Positions 22,898 to 32,590 are shown, counted from the stretch's first letter. The stretch: DNA of 64,000 nt from a virus (IMGVR_UViG_3300045988_077100:2602-66601); one strand, 5' to 3'. Notes: generated from the sequence alone by a model not told the origin. A program made the numbers and translations.

Positions 22898-22910
22898 GGG
22901 GAATTGACCT

Positions 22911-23759
22911 ATGGCGAAAGAAAACCGGTATTTCTGGCTGCGGCTCTATGATGACTTCTTTACGTCCAAGCGGATCAAAAAACTCCGCAAGCTGGCAGGC
23001 GGCGATACCTACCTCATCATTTACCTGAAAATGCAGCTCATTGCCATGAAGCACGATGGGATTTTGCAGTGGTCAGGTCTCGACGATAACTTTGCCGATG
23101 AGCTGGCGTTGGAACTGGATGAGGAACCGGCCAACGTGGAGGTGACGATCAACTACCTTCTTTCCTGCGGCTTGGCGGAGACCTCGGATGACGTCACGTT
23201 TTTCTTCCCGTATGCGGTGAAAAACGTTGGGAGCGAAGGTTCCTCCGCGAAGCGGATGAGGGAGTCCAGAGCAAGAGCAAAGCTGAGAGAACCGTCACAA
23301 TGTTCGAACGATGTGCGAACATTGTGCGAACATCGTTACGGAGAGAAAGAGATAGAGAAAGAGATAGATATAGAAGATATATCTTCTTCACTACGTTCAG
23401 AAGATATGGGGGGCGGTGCCCCCAGTGAGCCAAAGGCACCGGAGAGCAGAAAGCGGACGGCGGTGAAATTCGTACCGCCCACGCTGGAAGAGGTGGAAGC
23501 CTACGCCGCGTCCCGGCAGAGCACGGTGGACCCCCGTCGGTTTTTTGAGTATTTTAACACCCCGGACGCGCAGGGCCGCTCGTGGAGGGACAGCAAGGGG
23601 AACCCGGTGAAGAACTGGAAGCAGAAGTTCCTCACATGGGAAGGCCGGGACGGCGGGAAGGGAAAGCCCGCCCCGGCGGCATCCCAGACGGACAAGCCCC
23701 GGAAAAGCTGGACGGAGCTGGCAGCGGAAATGGACGCGGAGGAGGGCCGCACAACATGA
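22911..23759 (+). CDS. Phage replisome organiser / DnaD-like replication protein
   Basis: MAKENRYFWLRLYDDFFTSKRIKKLRKLAGGDTYLIIYLKMQL.. is the typical replisome-organiser N-terminus. Confidence 0.7.
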   Translation: MAKENRYFWLRLYDDFFTSKRIKKLRKLAGGDTYLIIYLKMQLIAMKHDGILQWSGLDDNFADELALELDEEPANVEVTINYLLSCGLAETSDDVTFFFPYAVKNVGSEGSSAKRMRESRARAKLREPSQCSNDVRTLCEHRYGEKEIEKEIDIEDISSSLRSEDMGGGAPSEPKAPESRKRTAVKFVPPTLEEVEAYAASRQSTVDPRRFFEYFNTPDAQGRSWRDSKGNPVKNWKQKFLTWEGRDGGKGKPAPAASQTDKPRKSWTELAAEMDAEEGRTT

Positions 23760-24457
23760 CCAGACAGGAGACAGGCATCATCATGGATATTCTGACGGCG
23801 GCCTATCCCCGATTTTACAGCAGCACCACCGGGCCGGATATGCGCAACGCCATCAAACTGTGGGCGGATATGTTTGCCCATGACGAGGTGGCGCTGGTGG
23901 CGGCGGCGGTAAAAAGCGTGATCGAAAGCGACGAAAAGGGCTTCCCGCCCACCATCGGGCAGGTAAAGGCCAAACTTCGCCTGCTGACGGCAAAACCGGA
24001 AATGACGGAGGCAGAGGCGTGGGGTCTGGTGGCAAGGGCCATCCGCAACGGGCTGTACGGCGCGGAGGAAGAATTTGAGAAGTTCCCGCCGGTGGTACAG
24101 CGGATCGTGGGCAGCCCCAACACGTTGCGGGAGTGGGCGCGGATGGACACGGAAACGGTGCACAGCGTAGTGTCCAGCAACTTTCAGCGCAGCTATCGGG
24201 TCATTTCCGCACGGGAACGGGAGATCAACGCCCTGCCTGCGGAGGTTCGGGCGCTGGTACAGCGTATCGGCACCGGGCCGGAGCCGAAGAAGCTGGCACC
24301 GCCTGAGAAGAAACCACTGCCGGCGGCGGAAGCAAAACCGGAAGCCGAGGCGGTGAAGCCGCCGGAATGGTTCAAGGACGCGGTACGGCCCCAGCGGCGT
24401 AGCCGGGATGAGGTGATGGCCTATCTCCGGGGAAAGGCCGATGGGGATGGCAGGTAA
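23756..24457 (+). CDS. Replicative helicase loader-like protein (G40P-loader type)
   Basis: ..ILTAAYPRFYSS...AIKLWADMFAHDEVALVAAAVKSVIE.. resembles phage helicase-loader proteins. Confidence 0.55.
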   Translation: MTRQETGIIMDILTAAYPRFYSSTTGPDMRNAIKLWADMFAHDEVALVAAAVKSVIESDEKGFPPTIGQVKAKLRLLTAKPEMTEAEAWGLVARAIRNGLYGAEEEFEKFPPVVQRIVGSPNTLREWARMDTETVHSVVSSNFQRSYRVISAREREINALPAEVRALVQRIGTGPEPKKLAPPEKKPLPAAEAKPEAEAVKPPEWFKDAVRPQRRSRDEVMAYLRGKADGDGR

Positions 24458-24719
24458 TTTTACGCTGGCAAGCTGTATGCGGAGATACAGGACGCGGGAT
24501 GAGTTGGAGGACCCCTCCAACAGCCTGCACAAGTGCTGGTCCTGCAAACTGGCCTATGGGCAATGCGAATGGAGCCGGGTGGACGAGAAAAGCGGAAAAG
24601 TCCGCTTTGAGGACGTTCCCGGATGGAAGGTCCGGCGGAGATCCCGCATGGAGCGGGACGGAATGGTGGAGCGGGTGCAGGTTTTGGACTGCCCGAAGTA
24701 TCAGGAGGAAAAGCGATGA
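24441..24719 (+). CDS. Hypothetical Cys-containing protein (92 aa)
   Basis: ORF track; coupled to neighbours. Confidence 0.5.
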   Translation: MGMAGNFTLASCMRRYRTRDELEDPSNSLHKCWSCKLAYGQCEWSRVDEKSGKVRFEDVPGWKVRRRSRMERDGMVERVQVLDCPKYQEEKR

Positions 24720-25237
24720 GCGTTTGTTTGGATGATCTGAACAGCCTGCCGGAGCGCTACCGGAAGCAGGTACAACAGCAGATGCAGGCCCAGCAGATCG
24801 ACCGGACGGCCAGAGTAATGGCTCAATTCGTGACGGAGGAGAAGGGGAAGGCGGAAGCGGCGGCGGAGGGCAAGCGCAAGCACCATAACCACCCCACCGC
24901 CCGGACCCTGCCCAACGGAACGGAGCACACCTTCGACAGCCGCAAGGAGGCGGCCCGGTATGACGAGCTGGCACTGCTCAGCAAGGCAGGGGCTATCCGG
25001 GACCTGCGGCTCCAACCTCAATTCACGCTGAAAGAAAGCTACATCACGGCCAACGGCGACCGAAGCCGCGCCGTGACGTATCGGGCGGACTTCTCCTACG
25101 AGGAGCGGGGGAAGGACGGCACATGGAATCTGGTGGTGGAGGACGTAAAAGGCCCCTCCACGAAAAAAGACAAGACCTACCGCATGAAGGTGAAGCTGAT
25201 GCAGGACATGAAGCACATTACCGTGCGGGAGGTATGA
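24716..25237 (+). CDS. DUF1064-like protein (putative endonuclease/resolvase)
   Basis: ..HTFDSRKEAARYDELALLSKAGAIRDLRLQPQF..YRADFSY..VVEDVKG.. matches my memory of DUF1064. Confidence 0.6.
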   Translation: MSVCLDDLNSLPERYRKQVQQQMQAQQIDRTARVMAQFVTEEKGKAEAAAEGKRKHHNHPTARTLPNGTEHTFDSRKEAARYDELALLSKAGAIRDLRLQPQFTLKESYITANGDRSRAVTYRADFSYEERGKDGTWNLVVEDVKGPSTKKDKTYRMKVKLMQDMKHITVREV

Positions 25238-25623
25238 ACGGAAAGGAGATATGCCCGGTGGAGACCGTAACTGTGATCGTGCGGGCTGTGCTGCCCTGGG
25301 ACAGCGCAGACGGGAAAGACCGGATCGAGATATGCACCCATGACCGGCAGAGCCAGATCGACTACTGCCTGAACCACTGCCCCTATGCAGAATGCGTGAA
25401 CTGCGCGGGTGGAGGTCGGACTACCAGCCGCGGCGGACGGCCACCCCTTCTGCGGGAAGCGGAAATGCAGAAGCTGCGGGAACTGCTGGAAGCCCGGACA
25501 GCCCCGGCGGACATTTGCCGGGAGATGCACATGGACGCGGATTTTCTAAGTCGGTGCAAACGGAAACTGCGGAGGGAAAGAAAACGAGACGATTATTTGA
25601 AAATGCAAAAGGGGGTGATTTAG
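25234..25623 (+). CDS. Hypothetical Cys-rich protein (129 aa; start uncertain)
   Basis: ORF track. An in-frame GTG at 25258 has a better-spaced AAGGAG. Confidence 0.5.
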   Translation: MNGKEICPVETVTVIVRAVLPWDSADGKDRIEICTHDRQSQIDYCLNHCPYAECVNCAGGGRTTSRGGRPPLLREAEMQKLRELLEARTAPADICREMHMDADFLSRCKRKLRRERKRDDYLKMQKGVI

Positions 25624-27481
25624 GTGAAGCATTATGGAGATGTCACAAAAATTTACGGAAATGAAGTAGAACCCGTGGATTGTGTGATAGGTGGTTCACC
25701 TTGTTAGACAGGACCTTTCCATTGCCGGAAAGAGGGCGGGGCTTGCCGGGGCGCGTTCCGGCCTGTATATGGAGCAAATACGGATTATCAAGGAGATGAG
25801 AGAACGTGACAGAAGAATGGGGCGAACAGGTGAGTTTGTGCGACCTCGGTATATGGTCTGGGAAAATGTCCCCGGAGCCTTCTCAAGCAACGGCGGAAAA
25901 GACTTCGCAGCCGTCCTCGAAGAAGCCATCCGCATCGCAGAACCGGAAGCCCCCAATATTGAAGTGCCTGAAAAAGGTTGGAACACCTGGGGGGGATACC
26001 ACGATGAAATGGGAGGACGATGGAGCGTTGCGTGGCGAGTGCTCGATGCGCAACACTGGGGAGTCCCCCAACGTCGCCGTAGAATCGCGCTTGTCGCAGA
26101 TTTTGGAGGCGACACCGCATGGGAAATATTGTTTGAGCGGCAAAGCATGTCAGGGTATCCTGCGGAGAGCGGAGCGCCGGGGGAAGGCCCTGCCGGGGAT
26201 TCTGAAAACGGTGCTGGTGGAGCAGGCAAAGACGCCGGATCAGTAATCTGCCTCCAAGGGAATGCAATCGACCGGGCTGATACCGCCGGATGCAACGGGA
26301 AGGGCTGGAAAGAAGATGTCTGCTATACGTTGAACACCATTGGCCGTCCGGCGGTCTGCGCCGGTCTGGACTGCCTTACTCCGTGGGATTGCCAGAGCAA
26401 GCGGGTATACAGCGAAGCCGGTGTGATGCCAACGTTGCCAGCCGGAGAAAACAGCGGTCAGAATCAGGAATCCGTACTGTGCGCCGGGTTTAAGCTGGGG
26501 AACAGCGAACAAGCCCGGAGCATCGGATACGCCGAGGAACAGGCCCCTACGCTGAACGCAGAGTGCGGAGGAAACAAACCGGCGGTGATGTGCCTGAACG
26601 ATCAAGGCGGGAATGTGATGGGCGTGAGCCATGATGTTTCCGGGACGCTGAGAGCACAGGAGCATGGGCACCAGCCCTCCATTCTGGATATGAGCCACGC
26701 CTGCGACGTCATCCGGGACTGCGGCGAGGTAGCTCCCAGTCTGCAAGCCCGTATGGGAACCGGCGGCAACCGAATACCGCTGACGTACCAGAAAACAACC
26801 GGAACTTTATCGCCCGGAGCACACGCAGGGAGCTATAACGGGCAGGACGCTTACAACGATATGCTGGTGGTATCAAGCGAAATTTCCCCAGCATTAAGAG
26901 CAAAAGCCAATGACCCATACCGAACAGATATGGCCGCGTATGTCGCAAGCGTAGATTGCCGAAATTTCACCGAGGGCGGGGAGATCAACGGAACCTTGCA
27001 GGCAAAGGAAAGCGAAGGCCAAAGCCTGAATCTGAACAATACGGTCCGCCAAAACATGGTGGTTCGCCGTCTGACCCCGCTGGAGTGCGAACGGCTTCAG
27101 GGGTTTCCGGACGGATGGACAGATATTGGAGATTGGGTCAAAACAGATAAACGCGGGCGCAAAATAAAAGTGAAAGGAAGTGCGGACAGCCCCCGGTATA
27201 AGGCACTGGGCAACTCCATCGCCCTGCCGCCGTGGAAATGGCTGCTAAAACGGCTGTGCGGCAACTACGAGCGGGACGCCACAATGGCGAGTTTGTTCGA
27301 TGGAATAGGCGGGTTCCCTTTGATTTGGGAGCAACTGAACGGGCGCGGGACTTGTCTGTGGGCCAGCGAGATCGAGGAGTTCCCCATCGCCGTGACCAAA
27401 CGGCGGTTCGGCACGGTGGAGGAACCGGGAGACATGGGGCGGTTTTTGTTCCCATGCGGAAACGAAAGGAGCGGGACATGA
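25624..27481 (+). pseudogene. DNA (cytosine-5) methyltransferase, motif-permuted and interrupted within the PCQ catalytic motif
   Basis: Frame 1 gives ..VIGGSPC then TAG (25705-25707). Frame 2 from 25709 gives QDLSIAG.., ENV, QRRRR, RLTPLECERLQGFPDGW, ALGNSIA. Motif I/II (SLFDGIGG..WASEIEE) is fused at the C-terminus (27284-27481). Confidence 0.75.
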
Positions 27482-27675
27482 AGCACAGCAACGATTACTG
27501 GGAACAGGAAGCCTATTGGGAGCTGGAACGGCGGCGGGCGGAGAAAAACCGCAAAACCAGAGAGCAGCGGCGGCGGGAGCGGGCGGACACCTCCGCCATG
27601 ATCGGCGGAATTTGCTTTTTACTGCTGCTGGCGGTTCTTTTGGCAAATGTCATGCTGGGAGGCGATACGCTATGA
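27478..27675 (+). CDS. Small membrane protein (65 aa)
   Basis: Basic N-terminus then GGICFLLLLAVLLANVML; AAGGAG SD; ATGA overlap. Confidence 0.5.
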   Translation: MKHSNDYWEQEAYWELERRRAEKNRKTREQRRRERADTSAMIGGICFLLLLAVLLANVMLGGDTL

Positions 27676-27908
27676 ACAGGGGAAACCGGAGAGCGGGGGA
27701 GCACCGGGTACTGGAACCGTGCGCCCTGTGCGGAATGTACAGTGGGGAGCGGATGGAGGACGCGGCGCCACCCTTTGACTTCGCCGTGGTGTGCGCTTCC
27801 TGCGGGGCGCGGACCAGACCGTATCACGGTCTGAACTGCGCCACAAAAGCGTGGAACCGGGGAGACGTTTACCGCCCGGAGAAAGGAAAACACTATGTAT
27901 CACTGTGA
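27672..27908 (+). CDS. lar: Lar-family restriction-alleviation-like protein
   Basis: CxxC..CxxC zinc ribbon plus ..ATKAWNRG.., resembling the Lar signature AxxAWNRR. Confidence 0.55.
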   Translation: MNRGNRRAGEHRVLEPCALCGMYSGERMEDAAPPFDFAVVCASCGARTRPYHGLNCATKAWNRGDVYRPEKGKHYVSL

Positions 27909-28059
27909 AACCTGCGGCGCAGATTTTGAAGCACCACTGGTCTTAGACGGTTCGGAGCCGCGCCCGGACTGCTTTTTTGAGCGGTTCCGGAAGGTGGGCT
28001 GCCCCTATTGCGGGAGCCAGTATTTTAACGAATTGGACGAGGAAGGGGAGGAAGAATGA
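27895..28059 (+). CDS. Zinc-ribbon protein (54 aa)
   Basis: MYHCETCGADF...CPYCGSQYFNELDEEGEEE; AAAGGA SD. Below the ORF-track cut-off. Confidence 0.45.
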   Translation: MYHCETCGADFEAPLVLDGSEPRPDCFFERFRKVGCPYCGSQYFNELDEEGEEE

Positions 28060-28183
28060 TTGATGCCTTGGAATTTATAAAGGCAATTAAACAGATGCTC
28101 AGTGCAGGAGCGAATTGACAGGGCGATTGTGGACACGGTTCTTGAGTTTGTATCGGTGGCCAAGATGGACGGAGGTGCTAACC

Positions 28184-28492
28184 ATGAGGCTGGTTGATGC
28201 AACGCCTTTGGAGTGTCAGGCCAAAGAGCGCAAAGAAAACGAGTGGAATCAACGTGTTTCCCCAACGTCTTGGGCACACGCCGAAGAAAGTTTTTTACAC
28301 CGGATTGAAGATGCTCCCACCGTGGATGCCGTGGTCGTGACGCGGTGCAAGGACTGCAAGCATAAAGGGTGGGTACAGGAGCCGTGTCACGGTAAGAGCG
28401 TTGATTATTGCAAAGTCTGGGACTGCACTTTGCGGAATCTGGAAACTACATTTTGCAGCTACGGCAAGAGAAAGGACGGCGGGGCTGAATGA
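28184..28492 (+). CDS. Hypothetical Cys-rich protein (102 aa)
   Basis: In-frame Met after GGAGGTG inside ORF 28115..28492. Confidence 0.5.
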   Translation: MRLVDATPLECQAKERKENEWNQRVSPTSWAHAEESFLHRIEDAPTVDAVVVTRCKDCKHKGWVQEPCHGKSVDYCKVWDCTLRNLETTFCSYGKRKDGGAE

Positions 28493-28632
28493 AACGGAAA
28501 GACTGGATGATTATAGCCTTTTGGACGCTGGTTATAGCCGCGGGCATTGCGTTTATCGTGTTTTATTTCAAAAGCATTTTAACCGCCGACATTCCACTGT
28601 GGCTGAAACTGCACTTGTTAAGGGGGAAGTAA
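28489..28632 (+). CDS. Small membrane protein (47 aa)
   Basis: MKRKDWMIIAFWTLVIAAGIAFIVFYF..; ATGA overlap. Below the ORF-track cut-off. Confidence 0.4.
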   Translation: MKRKDWMIIAFWTLVIAAGIAFIVFYFKSILTADIPLWLKLHLLRGK

Positions 28633-28633
28633 G

Positions 28634-28978
28634 ATGGCCAAACAATCTGGATACTTGCAACGGTGGGAGAACGAGACCAACCGGCTGCTTCAGGCAACGA
28701 TAGTTATAACCTCGCAGTATGACATTGATACCTTGCAAATCGCGATCCACCAGTCGGAGGGCTGGGGCTATGATCGCATTATGCGTCTCACCGAAGCATG
28801 GGCAGAGGTGAGAAAAGAATACAGACCGGCGCTGGACTACAAAAACCCGGCGGCGGACGTGTGCCAGGAGCACATGGACCGGGTGCTGAAAGAGATCATC
28901 CGGGATAAGGCGGAGCTGATTCCGCACGCTGAACGGTACAAAGATTTGAAAAAAGTGACGTATGGAGGACGGAAATGA
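28634..28978 (+). CDS. Hypothetical protein (114 aa)
   Basis: ORF track; AAGGGGG SD. Confidence 0.55.
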   Translation: MAKQSGYLQRWENETNRLLQATIVITSQYDIDTLQIAIHQSEGWGYDRIMRLTEAWAEVRKEYRPALDYKNPAADVCQEHMDRVLKEIIRDKAELIPHAERYKDLKKVTYGGRK

Positions 28979-29184
28979 AGATCGGGCAGACGGTAGAGGC
29001 GAAGTTCAAGACGCTGCCGGTGGAGCGGGCGAAAAGTGAGCGGTCAAGCGTGGAGCTGTGCCCGATGCGGACGGGGCGGGTGACATGGGTGCACCCCAAG
29101 GGACGGTTTATCACCGTGACGACCAAAACCCTTGGCGGGGACGTGACGGAGAACTTTTTGCCCGGAGAGGTCCGGGCAATCTGA
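28975..29184 (+). CDS. Hypothetical protein (69 aa)
   Basis: ORF track; GGAGGA SD. Confidence 0.5.
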   Translation: MKIGQTVEAKFKTLPVERAKSERSSVELCPMRTGRVTWVHPKGRFITVTTKTLGGDVTENFLPGEVRAI

Positions 29185-29201
29185 GAAAGGGGGCGGAGGA
29201 C

Positions 29202-29411
29202 ATGGCAGAGACGCTTGTAAATTTTGTGATCCTGCTTGTAGTGGTGGGCTTTGCGGTCTATGAGGCGAGCAGCGGGAATATTGCCATGACGGTATACGCC
29301 TGCACGCTGCTGGCGCTGTTTTCTTTGCTTTGGAAGATGGAAAGCATCGAACGGCACCTGAAACGGCTTTGCGAATTGCTGGAAGGGGAGGGGGACGATG
29401 GAGAGGACTGA
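29202..29411 (+). CDS. Small membrane protein (69 aa)
   Basis: MAETLVNFVILLVVVGFAVYE..TLLALFSLLW: two hydrophobic helices. Confidence 0.5.
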   Translation: MAETLVNFVILLVVVGFAVYEASSGNIAMTVYACTLLALFSLLWKMESIERHLKRLCELLEGEGDDGED

Positions 29412-29640
29412 GGACCACAAGCAGGGCAAGGAACTGCCGGTCTACGCGGTACGGCTGCGGGAATTGCGGCGGGCAAGAGGCGTGAGCAGCCGCCGGGTAT
29501 CGGAATACTGCGGTATGAGCCACGGCATGGTAGGATTTTACGAAAGCGGCATGAAGGAACCGAAGGCCACGGCCCTGATCACGCTTGCGGATTTTTACGG
29601 CGTGAGTGTGGATTACATCCTTGGCTTGGAGCCGGAATAA
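29398..29640 (+). CDS. XRE-family HTH protein (80 aa)
   Basis: ..VRLRELRRARGVSSRRVSEYCGMSHGMVGFYESG..LADFYGVSVDYILG. Confidence 0.7.
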   Translation: MERTEDHKQGKELPVYAVRLRELRRARGVSSRRVSEYCGMSHGMVGFYESGMKEPKATALITLADFYGVSVDYILGLEPE

Positions 29641-29698
29641 AAAAATTTTCAAAGTGGCTACTAAAGTTTACCAAATTAAGAAAACCTTGTGGAATAAT

Positions 29699-29741
29699 AG
29701 AGAGTGAGAAGAAATAAATTCTTTTCACTCTCTGTTTTTTT
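29699..29741 (+). terminator. Strong intrinsic terminator immediately upstream of the packaging genes
   Basis: 15-bp stem AGAGAGTGAGAAGAA/TTCTTTTCACTCTCT (one G:U), ATAAA loop, G then T7. Confidence 0.75.
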
Positions 29742-29759
29742 AGGGGAAGGAGACCGCGA

Positions 29760-30725
29760 ATGGAACTGGAACCGATGGATACGGCGGAACTGACTGCACA
29801 GCAGGAACGCTATGACGCCATTGCCCGTGCCACCAGCGACAGCCTTGCCCTTTTTTACTGCTGCATTGAATTTGACCGGCCATTCGATATGCTGGCGGTG
29901 CCAAAAGAACCGGACGTGGGTGAGAAGTGGATCGCCTATCTGGACAACCTGCGGCTGAAAAAGCTGGACATGCGGCGGGGGGAACCCCTTGGGTTTCTGG
30001 ACGGGCTGACGGACATTACCAAGATTTTTGGCGAGGGGTTGACCGCCGGGGAATTTACCAAGGCGGTTGGCAACGAGAAGTCCGCCCGGAACCGGAAGGT
30101 GGGGACGGCACAGCAGCGGAAGAACTGGGGCGAGAACTCTGCGAAGAACCCCTACACATCTGAGGACTATGACGAACTGGATCGCATTTACGAGGCACTG
30201 TCCAGCGACCTGATGGCAGTTGGCGGCGTGAGCGTGAAGCAGGAGTTCATCCTGCGGGACTGCGCAAAAATGACGCTGGACCGGGACAAGATGCGGGCCA
30301 TCGGCCAATATGACAAGGCGGCCAAGCTGAACAAGATGGTTCAGGACAACCTGTCCAGCGAGGGACTGCGGAAAAAGGACGCGAAGCCCATTGACGATCT
30401 GCGGATCGACAGTCTGGTGGAGGCACTGGAAAAGAAGGGGCTTTTGAAAAACGGGAAACAATGTGCCCCGGACGAGATGTTCCGCATTTTGTTTGGGCGA
30501 TCCTGCAAATACCCCTACACCATGGACGCGGCGGAGCAAATGATTTTAATTAACGAAAACCGGATGCGGCAGAACGAGGGGCGGCCTGAGCTGACCACCC
30601 TGCCGCCGGAGATGCGGCTGCGGGACGAGTTGGGGGAGTTTGCGGAGGAACCCAATGATCAGGAGAAGGAGGCATATCAGCGACTCGGACTGGTGAAGAT
30701 GCCTCCGGCGAAGAAAAAGCGGTAA
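29760..30725 (+). CDS. terS: Putative terminase small subunit (321 aa)
   Basis: Position directly upstream of the large terminase. No motif recognised. Confidence 0.45.
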   Translation: MELEPMDTAELTAQQERYDAIARATSDSLALFYCCIEFDRPFDMLAVPKEPDVGEKWIAYLDNLRLKKLDMRRGEPLGFLDGLTDITKIFGEGLTAGEFTKAVGNEKSARNRKVGTAQQRKNWGENSAKNPYTSEDYDELDRIYEALSSDLMAVGGVSVKQEFILRDCAKMTLDRDKMRAIGQYDKAAKLNKMVQDNLSSEGLRKKDAKPIDDLRIDSLVEALEKKGLLKNGKQCAPDEMFRILFGRSCKYPYTMDAAEQMILINENRMRQNEGRPELTTLPPEMRLRDELGEFAEEPNDQEKEAYQRLGLVKMPPAKKKR

Positions 30726-30734
30726 GGAGGAGCC

Positions 30735-32588
30735 ATGGCACGGCGGGCCGGAAAGGCATGGACAAGTTCGCAGGGCTGGGTCAGCGTGAAGCCCACGGCA
30801 GAGCGGGACTACACGGACTATGAGGACGCCTGGTGGGCCTTCCTGATCTGGGTGTTTCGGTGGTATCCGGACAAACTGCTGGACCTTGTGCGGAGCGACG
30901 AAGCGGACTTCGCCAACGAGGAGATCATGCAGCGGGTGATGGTGCGGGCCTACGCCAGGAAACGGGAGGTGGCGATCACCGGAACCCGAAGCCTGACAAA
31001 GACCAGCACAAAGATGAAATACGCCATGGTGAACGGGTTGGTATGGCCGGGGACCCAGAGCGCATATTATGGTCCAAGCTACAAACAGCTTGCCGCCATC
31101 GGCGGAAAGACCTACCACCAGATTGAGCACGATTACCCCATCCTTGCCAAGCACTGGCGGGTCAGTGCGGAGAGCAAGGATGACTTCAAGATCGAGACGG
31201 ACGGCGGAAGCGCCTTTTACATCTCCGCCATGCGCGGAGACAACCTGCATGACGTGACGGCGGAGGAATACGCACAGGAAGAAACCCCGCCCTTTGACTA
31301 CAACGAGTATTCCACGGTAGTGCTGCCGGCCGTGCGTCTCTGGCACAACATCAGCGGTGAGCGGGACAAAAACTTCGTAGGATACAAGAAACACGCCATC
31401 ACCAGCGCAGGGCGCAAGCAGAACCACGCCTTTCAGACCCGGTGCAAGGTGATGAAAAAAATGACCCAAGGGGAAAGCGCCTTTGCCATTGACATTTCAT
31501 GGGAGAGCATCGTGCTCATGCAGATGCGGCCCTATGAATGGGCGCAGGGACTCCGGGAGGAGCTGACGGCGGAAAAGTGGATGCGGGAAATGGAGAGCCG
31601 GTTTACCGGCGCAGACGAGTTCCCCGTGCTTTCCGACGAAGTGCTGACGGATTCCCAGCGGGTGCTGGTGATGGAGACGGAGCACTGCTGCAAGGACCCG
31701 CACCCCAAGCTGGACCCGGAGGAAGTTATTTACATCGTGGGCTATGACGTTTCCTACGAGGATTCGGCAAAGAACGCCAAATGCGCCTGCGTGGTGATAA
31801 AGCTGACCCGCCAGCGGGAATACCTGAAACGGGACCGCTTTTTGAAGCAGCTGGTCTACATTGACGATTGGCCCCCACCGGACAAGAGCAAGGCGCAGGC
31901 ACGGCGGCTGAAGGCGATATGGAATCGGTTCTGCTATGACGGAAGCCAGACCTACATCTCCATTGACTCGTGGCAGTACGGGCGCGGGGTGCTGGAAGAT
32001 TTGATGACCGACTTGGGAGACGGCCTTCCGCCCCTGTGTGTGAAGAACCACGCGGCCTATGCGGCGGCGGAGCTGCCGGGGGCCATTCCGGTGATCTACC
32101 CCATCAAAGCAGGCGGCACCGGCGTGACGGACCCGGACTTTGAAATGCTGAAATACGCACAGACGGAGTTTGAACACCACAACGTTGAATTGCTAACGCT
32201 GAACGCCAACGAGGGCGTGGAGGCGTATAAGCGCGCCCACCGCATCCGGGACGACGACCGGGACTACCAGTTCGCACAGCCCTACCAGAAGTGCCGGGAA
32301 CTGTCCGGCCAGATACAGAACCTGAAGCTGGTGCCCAGCGGGGCGGGGATGAGCGAGAAGCGCATTTCCAAGGCCATTCAGCGCGATAGCTGGTCCGCCA
32401 CGAAATATGCCCTGCGGCTGGCCCAACTGATTGAGCGAGAGGAACTGCTGACGGAGATCCACGGAAAGAACAAGAGCGACTGGGCGTCGGCGCTGGATCG
32501 GTTCAAGGAAAACAAAGTGGCTCCGCCTATCAGCACCGGAAGCAGCGGACGGCTGGTGACGGCGCGGCGGGGAGGCCGGAGGTTTTGA
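30735..32588 (+). CDS. terL: Terminase large subunit (617 aa)
   Basis: Size, position before the portal gene, Walker-A-like ITGTRSLTKTS and acidic Walker-B-like segments. Confidence 0.7.
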   Translation: MARRAGKAWTSSQGWVSVKPTAERDYTDYEDAWWAFLIWVFRWYPDKLLDLVRSDEADFANEEIMQRVMVRAYARKREVAITGTRSLTKTSTKMKYAMVNGLVWPGTQSAYYGPSYKQLAAIGGKTYHQIEHDYPILAKHWRVSAESKDDFKIETDGGSAFYISAMRGDNLHDVTAEEYAQEETPPFDYNEYSTVVLPAVRLWHNISGERDKNFVGYKKHAITSAGRKQNHAFQTRCKVMKKMTQGESAFAIDISWESIVLMQMRPYEWAQGLREELTAEKWMREMESRFTGADEFPVLSDEVLTDSQRVLVMETEHCCKDPHPKLDPEEVIYIVGYDVSYEDSAKNAKCACVVIKLTRQREYLKRDRFLKQLVYIDDWPPPDKSKAQARRLKAIWNRFCYDGSQTYISIDSWQYGRGVLEDLMTDLGDGLPPLCVKNHAAYAAAELPGAIPVIYPIKAGGTGVTDPDFEMLKYAQTEFEHHNVELLTLNANEGVEAYKRAHRIRDDDRDYQFAQPYQKCRELSGQIQNLKLVPSGAGMSEKRISKAIQRDSWSATKYALRLAQLIEREELLTEIHGKNKSDWASALDRFKENKVAPPISTGSSGRLVTARRGGRRF

Positions 32589-32590
32589 CA

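Noticed and set aside
25696-25711. Stop-codon reassignment, programmed +1 frameshift, or quadruplet (UAGA) decoding by one of the odd tRNA-like RNAs to rescue the methyltransferase
   Set aside because: Reading TAG as sense still leaves the frame wrong. Any +1 or quadruplet solution inserts a residue between Cys and Gln of the invariant PCQ motif. No slippery site is present, and none of the tRNA-like loops contains UCUA.
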